From the IMG/VR virus record IMGVR_UViG_3300044634_004095: a stretch of DNA of 64,000 nt; one strand, 5' to 3'. The notes below the pieces were generated by a model. It made no database searches. It saw only the letters and a program-made list of their open reading frames with translations, and was not told where the DNA came from. The position numbers and the translations under genes were made by a program. This document shows positions 19,626-30,262 of the stretch, piece after piece. Source of the DNA: an uncultured virus (IMG/VR IMGVR_UViG_3300044634_004095) (taxonomy: Duplodnaviria; Heunggongvirae; Uroviricota; Caudoviricetes). Every line of letters starts with the position of its first letter. Within the stretch, counting starts at the first letter, position 1.

Positions 19626-20350
19626 CAGGAAACTCCGTCCACTGAAAATGCGTCAAGGATTTGCTTTGCACGACGACCGAATGTGAGTTCACACGCACGT
19701 TCCATGCCGACAGATTTGCGCAATTTGTCGAGAGCAAGAAATGCTCGCAAAGAGATTCTGTCGTCGCCAGCGTCAGCCATGCGAACTGCGTATTTACGCA
19801 AGTCAGACGAAAGACGAAGTAGAGCAGTTGGGTGCGGAGCGTCAATACGGATACGAATTGGGAAACGGTCTGCCAACGCTGTTGGGAGTTCTCCCATATT
19901 CTCAATGTTCGTTGTCATGATCGCTGAGAATCCTTCAGACGGTTTGAGTACATCGCCAGTTTCGGGATGCTCAAATGATGCTGATTCAGGTGAGTCAAGC
20001 ATGGCGAGAAGCGTTGCGAAAACGTCGCCACCTGCCTTGTCAATTTCGTCAACGATCAAGCGACCGCCATTAACGCCGTTGCCTTTCCATGCTTTGAGAG
20101 CAGAACCATCAAGCCACTGGAAGCCACCATGCTTAGAAGGCATGAATCCACCAGTAACGTCCATGTTCGTCATGTCCTCTGTGCAAACAAGACGAAATGC
20201 TCCTGCTTCTACATTGCCCATGCTCATTCCTGCATAAGTCTTTCCGATACCGCTTGGTCCGAAAAGAATTATTCTGTCAATTCCTGCCTCTAGGCATTCG
20301 TTAAATGCTTTCCAGCATTCGGGTAGTGTGTTGTCTGTGGTTGTAACCAT
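19625..20350 (-). CDS. MoxR-type AAA+ ATPase (CobS/CbbQ/NirQ-like)
   Basis: GPSGIGKT Walker A, LIVDEID Walker B, ALADRF. Confidence 0.85.
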   Translation of the reverse strand: MVTTTDNTLPECWKAFNECLEAGIDRIILFGPSGIGKTYAGMSMGNVEAGAFRLVCTEDMTNMDVTGGFMPSKHGGFQWLDGSALKAWKGNGVNGGRLIVDEIDKAGGDVFATLLAMLDSPESASFEHPETGDVLKPSEGFSAIMTTNIENMGELPTALADRFPIRIRIDAPHPTALLRLSSDLRKYAVRMADAGDDRISLRAFLALDKLRKSVGMERACELTFGRRAKQILDAFSVDGVS

Positions 20351-20749
20351 TGTCTAGTCTCCTCTAGTAGTTGGGATGGATTACTTAGTCAGATTAACAT
20401 GGCAGGGACAGACTGTTAATTAAATTGAGTGTGAGTGAAAGCAGTTCTTACATCATCCTTTAGTAACGGCGACCCTTTCCCCCACCGTCAATCTCTACCC
20501 GTGAGGAACAGTGAGAGAGAACCACATAATTTTTTTGCAAATTATTTTTCTTACATTATCCCAGCATGCCCCCGACAGAGACGAATTGATGTTGCTTGCG
20601 TGTGCGGGTTGGAGCCCCGGGCTCTGCACGCGTAGCGGGGCTTACACTGAGCTCGATTTATGGATGTTGCATTATCCTTTAGTAAGCGAATTTACATTAT
20701 CCTTTAGTAACAAGACGGCCGTTGTAAAGGATAATGTAGAGCCGAATCA

Positions 20750-21229
20750 TCACTCACGCTCTGGTGGGCAAGTTGCTTCGTAGAGACCATTCTTTATCTT
20801 CTTATAGTGGAGAGACTCCTTGATGTACCCTAAGGTTGTCTGATACGAGAACCCAGCGACCTCAACAAGTTGGTCTATGGAGAACTGCTCTCCTACATGG
20901 TCTTGTGCAAACTGCTCAAAAGCTGACCACTTGTCTCGTCGCTTCTCGGGCTTCTCGCTCTCATCACTGACAGAATGTCCAGTGAATCCATCTACTATAT
21001 ATTTTGCGATGTCGTCGGGAACGCCGTAGGTGCGTAGGAAATGCAATGGGTGACGGGTGCTTCCTTCACGCTGCCAAATGAGCAATACGTCCATTCCACG
21101 AACGGTCTCGGTGGCACGAGTGCTTTCATCTTTCGGAACTGAAAATGCATCTTTATATTTTTTTACAAGTTTTTGCCATAAGCCTTTATGGACTTCCAAT
21201 ACGAGTTCGGGGGTGATGGTCGTTTGCAT
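20750..21229 (-). CDS. hypothetical protein, possible C-terminal wHTH
   Basis: 159-aa ORF; start lies within a box A copy. Confidence 0.6.
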   Translation of the reverse strand: MQTTITPELVLEVHKGLWQKLVKKYKDAFSVPKDESTRATETVRGMDVLLIWQREGSTRHPLHFLRTYGVPDDIAKYIVDGFTGHSVSDESEKPEKRRDKWSAFEQFAQDHVGEQFSIDQLVEVAGFSYQTTLGYIKESLHYKKIKNGLYEATCPPERE

Positions 21230-21408
21230 TATCCTTTAGTGTCACTTTCCGTTTGGCTTGCTGTCGTTAGTAGTATTCGTAAGTCTAATAATATGTCCAT
21301 TATTACCGTTGCTGATACTGTCTCGCGGTTCGCACATTCCGCGAGAGCAGTATCAACTATGGCACATGAACGCTCAATCCATCGTGGGATATCACGCTCA
21401 GTCATTGC

Positions 21409-22128
21409 TTATTCGCCGTTTTTTTCTTTTTTGCGCTTTGGTGCATCACGTAATTTGCTTGTGTATCCACGAGCGACGGTGGCAAAACGAGTGAACATGA
21501 CAAATGAAATTATGGTTTGGGCAAGTTTTCCCATTTCAATTTCCTCTAATTCTTTTGCTCCGTAATTCTCAAATCCCAGCAACTCACTCATTGTGGAAAT
21601 TCCCTCGTCAAATACAGGAACACCAAAATCGTCATACTTGTATGGAGCGATTACCGTGTAGAGATTACGACATTCCCAATCAACGGCAGTGACCATTAGT
21701 GTCTCTCTCACTTCACTAAATGGGTTTTCCCGAAAATCTTTTTCAAGACCGCCCCCCTGTATCTGTCCAGCAACGATTGAATTCTCGGCAGGGCTAGTAT
21801 AACCCTCTGCAATAATTGCAATAAATGAAAATTCCTTAGCAGGCAAATGCTTTACTATGTCTCCAATGCAATCGTAAATGTCATCACGATGAATAAGCGG
21901 GAGTACAGCAACCTTGTAGGGCTTGCTTGTGTCGTTCTCGTGCTGAAATTCCATAGCCTCGTCAAAGGCTTCATCGCTTTCCTCTGTGCTAACAAAACCA
22001 ATCATCATGACAGACGGGTTGTCCTGCATTGCTTCTTCTTTGCACATTTCTGTTTTTGCGAAGATAGACCTATGCATGAATTCTTCGCACATAGTCTGCA
22101 TATCTAGTACCGTTGGTTGAATGTCCAT
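21409..22128 (-). CDS. hypothetical protein
   Basis: AAGGAG SD, 239 aa. Confidence 0.65.
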   Translation of the reverse strand: MDIQPTVLDMQTMCEEFMHRSIFAKTEMCKEEAMQDNPSVMMIGFVSTEESDEAFDEAMEFQHENDTSKPYKVAVLPLIHRDDIYDCIGDIVKHLPAKEFSFIAIIAEGYTSPAENSIVAGQIQGGGLEKDFRENPFSEVRETLMVTAVDWECRNLYTVIAPYKYDDFGVPVFDEGISTMSELLGFENYGAKELEEIEMGKLAQTIISFVMFTRFATVARGYTSKLRDAPKRKKEKNGE

Positions 22129-22170
22129 TTTATTCTCCTTGTTTAGTAGGTTGTATTAAGTCTCTTATTT

Positions 22171-22302
22171 CTATTCTTCTTCGTAATCTTCGTAATCGGC
22201 ATAATCTGGATTCTGACTGTATAATTTTTCTGCCCAATAAGCGTCGTCAGCACGTTCTTCTGCTGGGTGACCGCAACATGGTCTATCTTCGCAACTGCAC
22301 AT
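22171..22302 (-). CDS. 43-aa Cys-motif acidic microprotein (not in ORF track)
   Basis: MCSCEDRPCCGHPAEERADDAYWAEKLYSQNPDYADYEDYEEE; GAAAGGAG SD and promoter at 22333-22361. Confidence 0.6.
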   Translation of the reverse strand: MCSCEDRPCCGHPAEERADDAYWAEKLYSQNPDYADYEDYEEE

Positions 22303-22386
22303 TTGATTCTCCTTTCGTAGTGGGTTGTTTTTAGTGTATCAGCAATGGTACAGATAAGCGACTTTACATTATCCTTTAGTAACCGA

Positions 22387-22614
22387 TTAATTTGCCAGCA
22401 TGACATTGGGCTCCAAATTGAGAGCGTGACAGAGTGAAATAAAACTTTCCAAACTTGGCGAGTAATGTTCGTTCTCTATTCTGTTAATTGTTTTCCTATC
22501 AAGACCTGCTAGTTCGGCAAGTTCGCCCTGAGATAATCCCCGAAGTGATCGCTCTTCTTTTAGTCTTGCTGGAAAAATCTTTTCTACTATTGTTTTGGTA
22601 TTGCGTGTAGTCAT
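22387..22614 (-). CDS. XRE-family helix-turn-helix regulator
   Basis: RLKEERSLRGLSQGELAELAGLDRKTINRIEN; promoter TTGTGA-17-TACAGT at 22649-22677. Confidence 0.9.
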   Translation of the reverse strand: MTTRNTKTIVEKIFPARLKEERSLRGLSQGELAELAGLDRKTINRIENEHYSPSLESFISLCHALNLEPNVMLAN

Positions 22615-22866
22615 AATTGTTTTCCTTTCTTTGAGTACCGCAGGTGGAACTGTACCTACACAGGTTCTCAATCACAACCCTTTCCGCCACCGTCAAAAGC
22701 CAATAGGGGAATAGCGAGTGTAAAACTTGGCGCATTATCCCAACACGCCCCCGCAGCGACATTACCTAAATACGCCCCCATTCGACAAAAGCGCGGCGAG
22801 CAGGTTGAAGCCCCGCGGCCCTCCCTGCCGTAGCGGGGCTTATTCCGGCAAAAGTTACATTATCCT

Positions 22867-23190
22867 TTAGATAGGAATTGCATGAGCTAGACGAGCGTCT
22901 ACGATCTCGACACCATCTACGGGAGCAGACCACATGCGATGGACTATTGTCCAAAAACTTGGAACGGTGTAGGCAATCTCATCTCGTGACACTCCGTGCG
23001 AATCAAAACCCTCTTCCGTGCCAAACCGCGAAATAGAGACATATTCGGTGGCGGTTACATTATCCTTCAGTAACAGGCAGTGAGCCCCAACGAGTATTTC
23101 CCGACGAGCGATGCCGCTAATGAAGGAAAAGAATAAGATGATAGTGCTCCAAATCAGAGCAAATGGATTCGTGTTGTCTTTCTCGTTCAT
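22867..23190 (-). CDS. hypothetical protein carrying an in-frame box A copy (LKDNV)
   Basis: Operonic spacing with upstream gene; N-terminal TM. Confidence 0.5.
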   Translation of the reverse strand: MNEKDNTNPFALIWSTIILFFSFISGIARREILVGAHCLLLKDNVTATEYVSISRFGTEEGFDSHGVSRDEIAYTVPSFWTIVHRMWSAPVDGVEIVDARLAHAIPI

Positions 23191-23191
23191 G

Positions 23192-23644
23192 TCACCTAAC
23201 CCTTCTTACTTCTGGTTCGTCTTGAACCTTGATCCAATTTGGCTCTGGCTCATTCCACGTGAAGAAGTTGATGATGTCGTTATAGACGTGAAGGACCATT
23301 AGTCCACCCTTGCTGATGATGTAGACGTAATCGCACCACGAATCTTGATAATTTGCAGGCGTATACCATTCATTAGGGTTGCCTTGTTCCTCGTTGCCAG
23401 CAATACCATAGCCTTCTACAACTTCCCAGCGAGATTCCTCTGGCTCCTCGTTTGGCTGCCACGGCTTGAGAGTAGACCAGTAGAAGTGGTCGTCTACGAG
23501 AGTTTTCACTGCTTTATCGTAGCCGTCACGTTGTACAATTTCCCAAATGCTCTTGCCTTGATGTGCTGGATACCCATCCCAATGGGCATAGCGCCCCTTC
23601 CACGAGTCTCCATCTTGCTTTGCAATGATGCTTCTAGTCCCCAT
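23192..23644 (-). CDS. hypothetical phage protein
   Basis: MGTRSII...YAHWDGYP; GGAG SD. Confidence 0.7.
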   Translation of the reverse strand: MGTRSIIAKQDGDSWKGRYAHWDGYPAHQGKSIWEIVQRDGYDKAVKTLVDDHFYWSTLKPWQPNEEPEESRWEVVEGYGIAGNEEQGNPNEWYTPANYQDSWCDYVYIISKGGLMVLHVYNDIINFFTWNEPEPNWIKVQDEPEVRRVR

Positions 23645-23829
23645 TACACTCCCTCGCTTTCAGATACATCCCAGGGAATATCCCAGTTGTGACTTCCGTC
23701 TAGGTCTTTGGACTTCAGTTCGTCGTCTGTGAGTTTGTAGTAAGCCTCTAGTGCGGACTCTTTGTCTTCTGCCTCAACTTCATAAGAGTGTGAGATGTCT
23801 TCACTAACTGAAACAATAAACTTTTTCAT
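23644..23829 (-). CDS. hypothetical protein
   Basis: Follows promoter at 23862; acidic EVEAEDKESA. Confidence 0.6.
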   Translation of the reverse strand: MKKFIVSVSEDISHSYEVEAEDKESALEAYYKLTDDELKSKDLDGSHNWDIPWDVSESEGV

Positions 23830-24177
23830 TTTTTCTCTTTTCTTTTCTAGTAGGTAATTAAAATATACCAGTGCTGTTACACATAAGCAACTCTTCCGCC
23901 ACCGTCAATTGTTACCGAGCTCAAAAAAGTAAAATATTTTGCAAATAATTAAATAACATTATCTCAATACGACCCCGCATGTATCTGCCCCCGAGCAATG
24001 AGGTGGCCGCCGACCTAAGCCCCGGCGTCGACCCGACTTCGGCGGGGCTCATACCGCCAATCGCTTACATTATCCTTTAGTGATGAGTGCGTTACATTAT
24101 CCTTCAGCAACGAGCGCATGAGAACCTATACCAAAGGATAATGTAGAGGGTTACATTATCCTTTGGTAATCGGCGGG

Positions 24178-24663
24178 CTAGTCGTCGGTAGGTTCACCGC
24201 TGGGGATCTCTCCAGTGGTTAGCCATGAGTACATTTCATCACTGGACAGTGAGACAACGGTAGGGCTAGAGTTCAGCGCCTTCTCTGCTTCCTCTTTGAT
24301 AATCTCTGTCATGATCTCGGACAGTGCGAGGTGGGCAGAGATAGAAGCAAACTCAGGTGCTAGATATTTTTCGGGAACGTCGTAACTCTCTCCGTCGTAG
24401 TAGCCCTTAGCATTGAGTCCACCGACGAGAACAACATCACCAACCAGTGGGCGACTAAACATAATGGAAGCCATTACGTTTGCTGGAAGCCCGATGAGCA
24501 AGCCTTCATCGTGAACGTAGCCGACCAAATCATCAACGTCTTTATGAGTCACTGTGTCAATGTAGCCACCTACAGCGTCACGTATAGTCGGGTATTCATT
24601 ATCTTTCTCTAGTTCTAACGGCAAGACCTCGCCTGTCGTTTTAAGTAGTAATGCCTTTACCAT
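24178..24663 (-). CDS. DUF3846-like protein
   Basis: IRDAVGGYID...VHDEGLLIGLPAN...LVGDVVLVG. Confidence 0.7.
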   Translation of the reverse strand: MVKALLLKTTGEVLPLELEKDNEYPTIRDAVGGYIDTVTHKDVDDLVGYVHDEGLLIGLPANVMASIMFSRPLVGDVVLVGGLNAKGYYDGESYDVPEKYLAPEFASISAHLALSEIMTEIIKEEAEKALNSSPTVVSLSSDEMYSWLTTGEIPSGEPTDD

Positions 24664-24757
24664 TTCTGACCCCTTTCGGTCTCTGTTTAACTTATTTACA
24701 TTATCCTTTAGTAATTGGTGGGATCGCCATAACGACGACCCCACCAACTAGGCGAGA

Positions 24758-25366
24758 TTATTTCATCACTTCAGCGAGGTGGGTCTCTATGAAGTCGGTT
24801 GTCCACTCGCCCCAATGCTCGTCTCGGCTTCCGTATATTCCTGCGTCAATACTGCGAGCAACATCGGTTCTAATCTCAAAGACGGTAGGCACGTTTCGCA
24901 AAACCGTTGCAACGTCTTTGACGGTCAGTGCGTTGGCTTTCTGATACAAGACCACGCAAGCGTCGTAGAGGTGATCGGGTGGGATCATTGGGAACGCTAT
25001 TGACGCTGCCCTAATGCTCAGGTACTCGTTGCGAACTACTTGGACACGTAGGTCGGGTAACCCAAATCCATATTGACGGGTCATTTCCATTCCAGCGTCA
25101 ATGACTACGAAATCGTAATCGCCAATGCTTAACATACCGTTTAATTCATTAGGCGTTACGCCCTTGACGGTGATGCCGTAATGTCCTTCATTCTCTCGGA
25201 ACGTATTTACGGTTAGACCGAGCAACGCTGTGCAATCGTCGTTCTTTGATGGGTCAAGTAAGAGAACTCGCTCAGGAGATTTCTTACCCAATGCCAATGC
25301 AATGGAACAGGCGACGGTCGTTGTCCCGACTCCACCCTTTTGCGCTGTTACTTCTATGACCTTCAT
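24758..25366 (-). CDS. ParA/MinD/CpaE-like P-loop protein
   Basis: QKGGVGTTT deviant Walker A, RVLLLD, YDFVVIDAG. Confidence 0.75.
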   Translation of the reverse strand: MKVIEVTAQKGGVGTTTVACSIALALGKKSPERVLLLDPSKNDDCTALLGLTVNTFRENEGHYGITVKGVTPNELNGMLSIGDYDFVVIDAGMEMTRQYGFGLPDLRVQVVRNEYLSIRAASIAFPMIPPDHLYDACVVLYQKANALTVKDVATVLRNVPTVFEIRTDVARSIDAGIYGSRDEHWGEWTTDFIETHLAEVMK

Positions 25367-25488
25367 TTCTATACCCCTTTACGGTAATGGCGGATTTGCC
25401 ATATCATTACTGTACCACGCTAGGGACAGACTAGCGTTTTACATTATCCTTTAGTAGTGGGGGCAGGTTTTAACCCACCCCCAACTAA

Positions 25489-25911
25489 CTAGGAAGCCTT
25501 TACTTTTTTGGCTGGCTTTACGTCGGCTGGCTTCATTGCGCCTTTGGCAGGCTTGACAAGAACACGCACCGTGTCTGTCGTTTCCACGACGGTTTTGATT
25601 ACCTTCGCTGGGATCTCGCCCTTTGCGATTGCGCTGTCCCATGCTTTGGTGTCAATCGCTGGCTTCGTCACACGACGGAAAAGAGCAGGAGAAACTGCCT
25701 CTTTGAGTTTATCAAGCGACCACGAGCGTCGTGGTGATGGCGACACAGAGACAGTGAGTTCTGCGAATGTGTGGCTGTCAATGCCCGACACTGCGTAAGT
25801 CTCTAACAACAACTCACGAGCCTCGTCGTATGCGATTTCTGCTTGTTCTTTAGCGGTAACAGCCTTTAGGAAGGCTTCGGTTGCTTGGCTAACTTCTGAA
25901 TGTGTAGTCAT
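25489..25911 (-). CDS. hypothetical protein
   Basis: Own promoter at 25953; basic tail. Confidence 0.65.
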   Translation of the reverse strand: MTTHSEVSQATEAFLKAVTAKEQAEIAYDEARELLLETYAVSGIDSHTFAELTVSVSPSPRRSWSLDKLKEAVSPALFRRVTKPAIDTKAWDSAIAKGEIPAKVIKTVVETTDTVRVLVKPAKGAMKPADVKPAKKVKAS

Positions 25912-26245
25912 TTCTAGTACCTCTGTTCTTGTTGGTTATGGGTTACCCCATAACCTTACAAGACGGGGAACAGATTTGCAATACTCTTGACAATCTTTTT
26001 TGCATTATCTCAATCCGCCCCTGATAGCCCTTTCCGCCACCGTCAATTACTACAAGGTTCAGCAAAAATGTTCAGCAAATGTTTAATTGTTTGGAAATCG
26101 TGAAATCTGCATTATCCCAACACGCCCCCGACCATGAGAGCCTGCGTGGCGGTGTGAGCCCCGGCCTCGACCCGTGTTCGGCGGGGCTCTTATCAGATTA
26201 GTGTCATCTAATCGCTAATCTGTACCTTGTTGGGTATTGTTGTGC

Positions 26246-26485
26246 ATGGCAAAAAAACAGAACCCATATCCACACTATGAAGTATGCGAAATAGAAATAG
26301 TTTCACCTGACTTCGCTCGTGTCGGCTGGTCAATCAAGCACATGGAGACTGGCGAGTTAGTCACCGTTCTCGACCATGCAGACCCACATTTCCCGTGGTT
26401 CGCTAGTTCTAGGAATTGCGCTATCGCCTATGTGCGGTTTCTGAATTGCATTGTGCATGATGAACCCGTGTGCCATTGCGATTAA
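26246..26485 (+). CDS. hypothetical protein, leaderless
   Basis: ATG 5 nt after -10 TATTGT. Confidence 0.6.
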   Translation: MAKKQNPYPHYEVCEIEIVSPDFARVGWSIKHMETGELVTVLDHADPHFPWFASSRNCAIAYVRFLNCIVHDEPVCHCD

Positions 26486-26506
26486 TCGCACTATCCTGGA
26501 TAGTCG

Positions 26507-26555
26507 GTGGCTTGCTCTCGTCGGGAGAGCAAGCCACTTTACATTATCCTTTAGT
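26507..26555 (+). terminator. GC hairpin fused to box A
   Basis: GTGGCTTGCTCTC/GAGAGCAAGCCAC stem then TTTACATTATCC; near copy at about 35662. Confidence 0.6.
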
Positions 26556-26801
26556 GAGAACGAGCGAGCCACTTACATTATCCTTTAGTAAGAATGATGT
26601 AGATTATGGGCTATGGTATTCACTGAGAAATTGAATAAAGTACTTGACCTCATTTCCGCAGCAGATAGTTTGCTAGACGAAGCCCGTAATGCTATTGCCG
26701 TTGTTCGGCGTGGCAGGCTTTTTTTGGTTTCCAAAAACTAAAGGATAATGCAAAATGGGGGGGCAGGCTTTCGCCCACCCCCCCACTAGGAACTCAATCG
26801 T

Positions 26802-27209
26802 TTACAGGTACTGAGCCACACCCTTGTAGGTGCTTGTGCCGACGAACTCGTCGTCTGTCATTTTGAGAATGGAAATCGCATTTTTGATTTCCTCAATCTG
26901 GTTAGCGTGGTAGTGACCAATGTGTTCTGGTGACTCTGGCAGTTTTACGCTTGGCGAGAGGTTGAAGGTAAGGGTTACTTCTCTCATTTCGTCTCTCCAC
27001 GAGTCCTGCACTCGTGATGACTTAAAGGTAAGTTTGCTCGTGCCGACAAGTTTAACAAGAGACTTCTCAAAGGCTTCGTGTTCCTTTTCGTAGGCTTCTC
27101 TTGCTTTCTTGTAGTCTGCTACTTCCTTCTCTCGCTTCGCAAGAGCAACCTCTAGTGCTTTGATGAGTTTGGCTGTACTTACTTTTACGTTCATTGACTT
27201 GGTTGTCAT
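26802..27209 (-). CDS. hypothetical coiled-coil protein
   Basis: AAGGAG SD, promoter at 27250. Confidence 0.7.
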   Translation of the reverse strand: MTTKSMNVKVSTAKLIKALEVALAKREKEVADYKKAREAYEKEHEAFEKSLVKLVGTSKLTFKSSRVQDSWRDEMREVTLTFNLSPSVKLPESPEHIGHYHANQIEEIKNAISILKMTDDEFVGTSTYKGVAQYL

Positions 27210-27492
27210 TTTTTCTCCTTGTTACTTCTAGTAGGTGGGTAACAAGATAAGTGTACTGCACAGGGTACAGATACTCAATACTTTACATTATGCCAACACG
27301 CCCCCGACTGGAGAGGTTGAGCGACGACGGACAGAGCCCCGGCATCTCGCCGACTTTTGCGGGGCTTCGATGGGCAGTCGTTTACATTATCCTTTAGTAA
27401 AAAATGGGGGGGGACTCTCAGTACTGGTGGGTACTGAGAGTCCCTAACTAAAGGATAATGCAGAGGGTTACATTATCCTTTAGTAACAACCG

Positions 27493-27957
27493 CTAACTAA
27501 ATAGCGACTGAACTGCATCGGCTAGGGGACCACGACCTGAGTCGTCACCGCCCATAACCTCAACCTCGTTTAAGTCCTGAAATCGGACAACGCTAGTTAC
27601 TGAGTCGGCAGATGCACAGACAAGTAGGCGAACACGACGACGTGCTTCATGCTTGCTGGGTGCTGGCAAATCTTCATCGTTGCCGTCGTAATTATCGGGC
27701 AATGGTGAAGCCCAACCAGTAGTTACCAATACGATACAGTCATACCATTTCGCTGCGAACCTCGCCCCATCGCTGGAGAGAAGATCGTAGATGTCCTCTG
27801 CTTCGGTCACTTGGTCAAATAGATGAACCTCATCGCCGTCTGTCTCTACACCAAAAAGCAACGGCTTCGCTAACTCAAAAGCCTTATCTTCATTCTCACG
27901 AATGAGCAAATCGTGTATCTGTTGCTCAATGTTTTTGGAGATGTCTAGTGGTTTCAT
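27493..27957 (-). CDS. hypothetical protein
   Basis: GAAAGGG SD, promoter at 27993. Confidence 0.7.
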   Translation of the reverse strand: MKPLDISKNIEQQIHDLLIRENEDKAFELAKPLLFGVETDGDEVHLFDQVTEAEDIYDLLSSDGARFAAKWYDCIVLVTTGWASPLPDNYDGNDEDLPAPSKHEARRRVRLLVCASADSVTSVVRFQDLNEVEVMGGDDSGRGPLADAVQSLFS

Positions 27958-28284
27958 ATTTCCCTTTCATATGTGTCGTTGGTGACATTCTTACTGTACC
28001 TCATAGGGGACAGATTAGCAATTTGCATTATCCTTTAGTAGTGGGGCTATCCGCCACCGTCAAAGATTAGGGGACAACGTGACTCCGCTCAAAGTCACAG
28101 CCCTCTAGATGGTGAGAAACTTCTTTAATCGGATGACATTATCGCAACGCGCCCCCGACGATGAGTTGGCTGGAGTCTGGCTTGGGGCGACGGACAGAGC
28201 CCCGCTGCTCACCGCTTCAGCCGGGGCTTCGTCCCGATAAAGGTCATTTAATCGCCAACCTGTCCCCGTAGTGGTACGTTGTGA

Positions 28285-28545
28285 ATGTCGGCAGCGGGTC
28301 GGCACATACGGAGAGGGTACGAAGTGGAAAAATTGTCTTGCTTAGATTTTGGCAGTGGTGAGTGCGTAGGCGATGTGGAACTATCCCTCGCACAGCCTGT
28401 GCGCTATCGCACGAACGGGGAATTCATCATGTTCCCTCGTTGCGAAAAGCACTGGGACGAATACGCAGATAGGGCTCAGGCTCGCCAGGAGCGCCAGTGG
28501 GCGGCAGAACGGGCAGAGCGTGACGAATGGGCGAACTTTGAGTGA
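28285..28545 (+). CDS. hypothetical Cys-containing protein
   Basis: Promoter at 28252; start may be ATG 28285 or a later GTG. Confidence 0.55.
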   Translation: MSAAGRHIRRGYEVEKLSCLDFGSGECVGDVELSLAQPVRYRTNGEFIMFPRCEKHWDEYADRAQARQERQWAAERAERDEWANFE

Positions 28546-28724
28546 GTCGCGCCAAACTTTGCGAACGTGCCGAGAACGTCTCTCGGCACGTTCGCTCTAT
28601 TAGTTTGATCAAAGCCCCGGCCGAGGGCGAGCTCAGCGGGGCTCCAACCGCATTCGCGTCATCTAATCGCTAATCTGTCCCTGTCGTGGTATGTTGTGAA
28701 TGTAGTCAAGCGAAAGGAAAAGTA

Positions 28725-28994
28725 ATGCAACAATCACATTCAAGAGTCACAGAGTTAGAGCTGGGGGCTCCCGTCGTAGTGGGGCATAGGCTCCTACTCT
28801 GGAAGCGTTCATTCTTCTACGCAAACCGTGTATCATACATTGTGTTCTGCAAAGCAGACCCCGATGAGGTTCACGGCTACGCTGTATGGCGAGTAGAGAA
28901 AAACGCTCACGGCGAATACTACGCCGAGACAGGCTACTACTTCGCCGAGTCCGATCTAGTCGAAGCCATACAGGCATACGACGCTAGAGATTAA
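28725..28994 (+). CDS. hypothetical protein (similar to 34047-34361)
   Basis: GAAAGG SD, promoter at 28667. Confidence 0.6.
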   Translation: MQQSHSRVTELELGAPVVVGHRLLLWKRSFFYANRVSYIVFCKADPDEVHGYAVWRVEKNAHGEYYAETGYYFAESDLVEAIQAYDARD

Positions 28995-29139
28995 CGAGTT
29001 ACATTATCCTTTAGTGTTAGCGGGGGGTTCGCCCCCCGCTTTACATTATCCTTTAGTGTTAAACCTCTTTCTAAAGGATAATGCAGGCGGTTACATTATC
29101 CTTTAGTAAGAAAAGCACTTTAGTCGTCGCCGTGTTTCG

Positions 29140-29643
29140 TTAAACTCGCTTTGCACATACTGGACCGATACCACGAGCGACACTTTTTGCATCGGTTAGG
29201 TCTGCTCCACAGACACAGCACATAGACATTTCTACGCCTAAGGCGGTGGCTCGCTCAACGGTCATTCTGTCGCTTGCGCTTAATCTCTGAATACTTCCAC
29301 GCTCGTACTCAAAGCGCTCACTTTTTGTTGATGCTGTCGGGATAAAACGCATAGCGTACAAGTTGCCCGTTTCACGGCTCTGCTTGACCCTGTAAATACC
29401 TTCGGGGGTCTCGTACATTCCCGTAACGGTCACGGGGTCGCTTGGTGCTGACACTCTTACTTGGTCATTTGCCATAGAGCGTTCTACTGCTTCTATTTGG
29501 CGAATTGTTAATGAACCATAACGCTCAAACTTAGAGAGTAGGTCTGCATAGAACGAACTACGCCCTGAGTTGATAACGCAAAACTTTACTACTTTGAGAG
29601 TGCGTTCGTCGGGATTGTTATTCTCAATTTCTTTGATGTCCAT
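29140..29643 (-). CDS. DUF6011-like zinc-binding protein
   Basis: CCVCGADLTDAKSVARGIGPVCA. Confidence 0.75.
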   Translation of the reverse strand: MDIKEIENNNPDERTLKVVKFCVINSGRSSFYADLLSKFERYGSLTIRQIEAVERSMANDQVRVSAPSDPVTVTGMYETPEGIYRVKQSRETGNLYAMRFIPTASTKSERFEYERGSIQRLSASDRMTVERATALGVEMSMCCVCGADLTDAKSVARGIGPVCAKRV

Positions 29644-30262
29644 TGTTGCCCCTTTCATGGGTGTAGTGGTTATTCATATTGTACCTTATCGGGTACAGAC
29701 TAGGGTCGTTTTACATTATCCTTTAGTGTTCGGGGTCGTCTGTCTGATGTTCGGGATCGTCTGTCCCTGCTTCGTAGGCGTGCGAGAGCCAGCAAAATGA
29801 TGCACAGACAGGGCATACGACTACCTGCGGATAGTTCACGAGAACTCCATGCTCGTCTAAAACCTGAGAGCGTGTGAGTGGGTGTAGGGAACGGCAGTGT
29901 GAAAAATAGTAAGTCTTCATATTACTTACGAGAAACCTTCGGTAAAAAGATGTCAAGGAAAAATGATTAAAACATTTCCTCAAGAACGTGACATCACGAA
30001 AGTTCCTTCCGCCACCGTCAATAATTTTGAGTCGTTCGGGGAACGCAGTAAATTTGCATTATCGCAACGCGCCCCCGACAGTGATCCAGATTTTGCAAAA
30101 AACAGGAGCACGGACAAAGCCCCGCGTGAGACCGTTCCTGCCGGGGCTCTTTCGGATCATCCTCGAAAGCTGACTTTACGCGGCAATTCCGGGTTAGCGT
30201 CATTTAATCGCCAATCTGTACCTAGCGAGGTATGCTGCAAGCAACCCAACGAAAGGAAAGTA

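Noticed and set aside
20435..30262. ORF-track entries such as 20511-20783, 22143-22406, 22766-22954, 26357-26572, 27235-27447 and the N-terminal part of 29963-30607
   Set aside because: They are translations of repeat DNA (recurrent LHYPLV or LKDNV peptides) without SD or promoter support.
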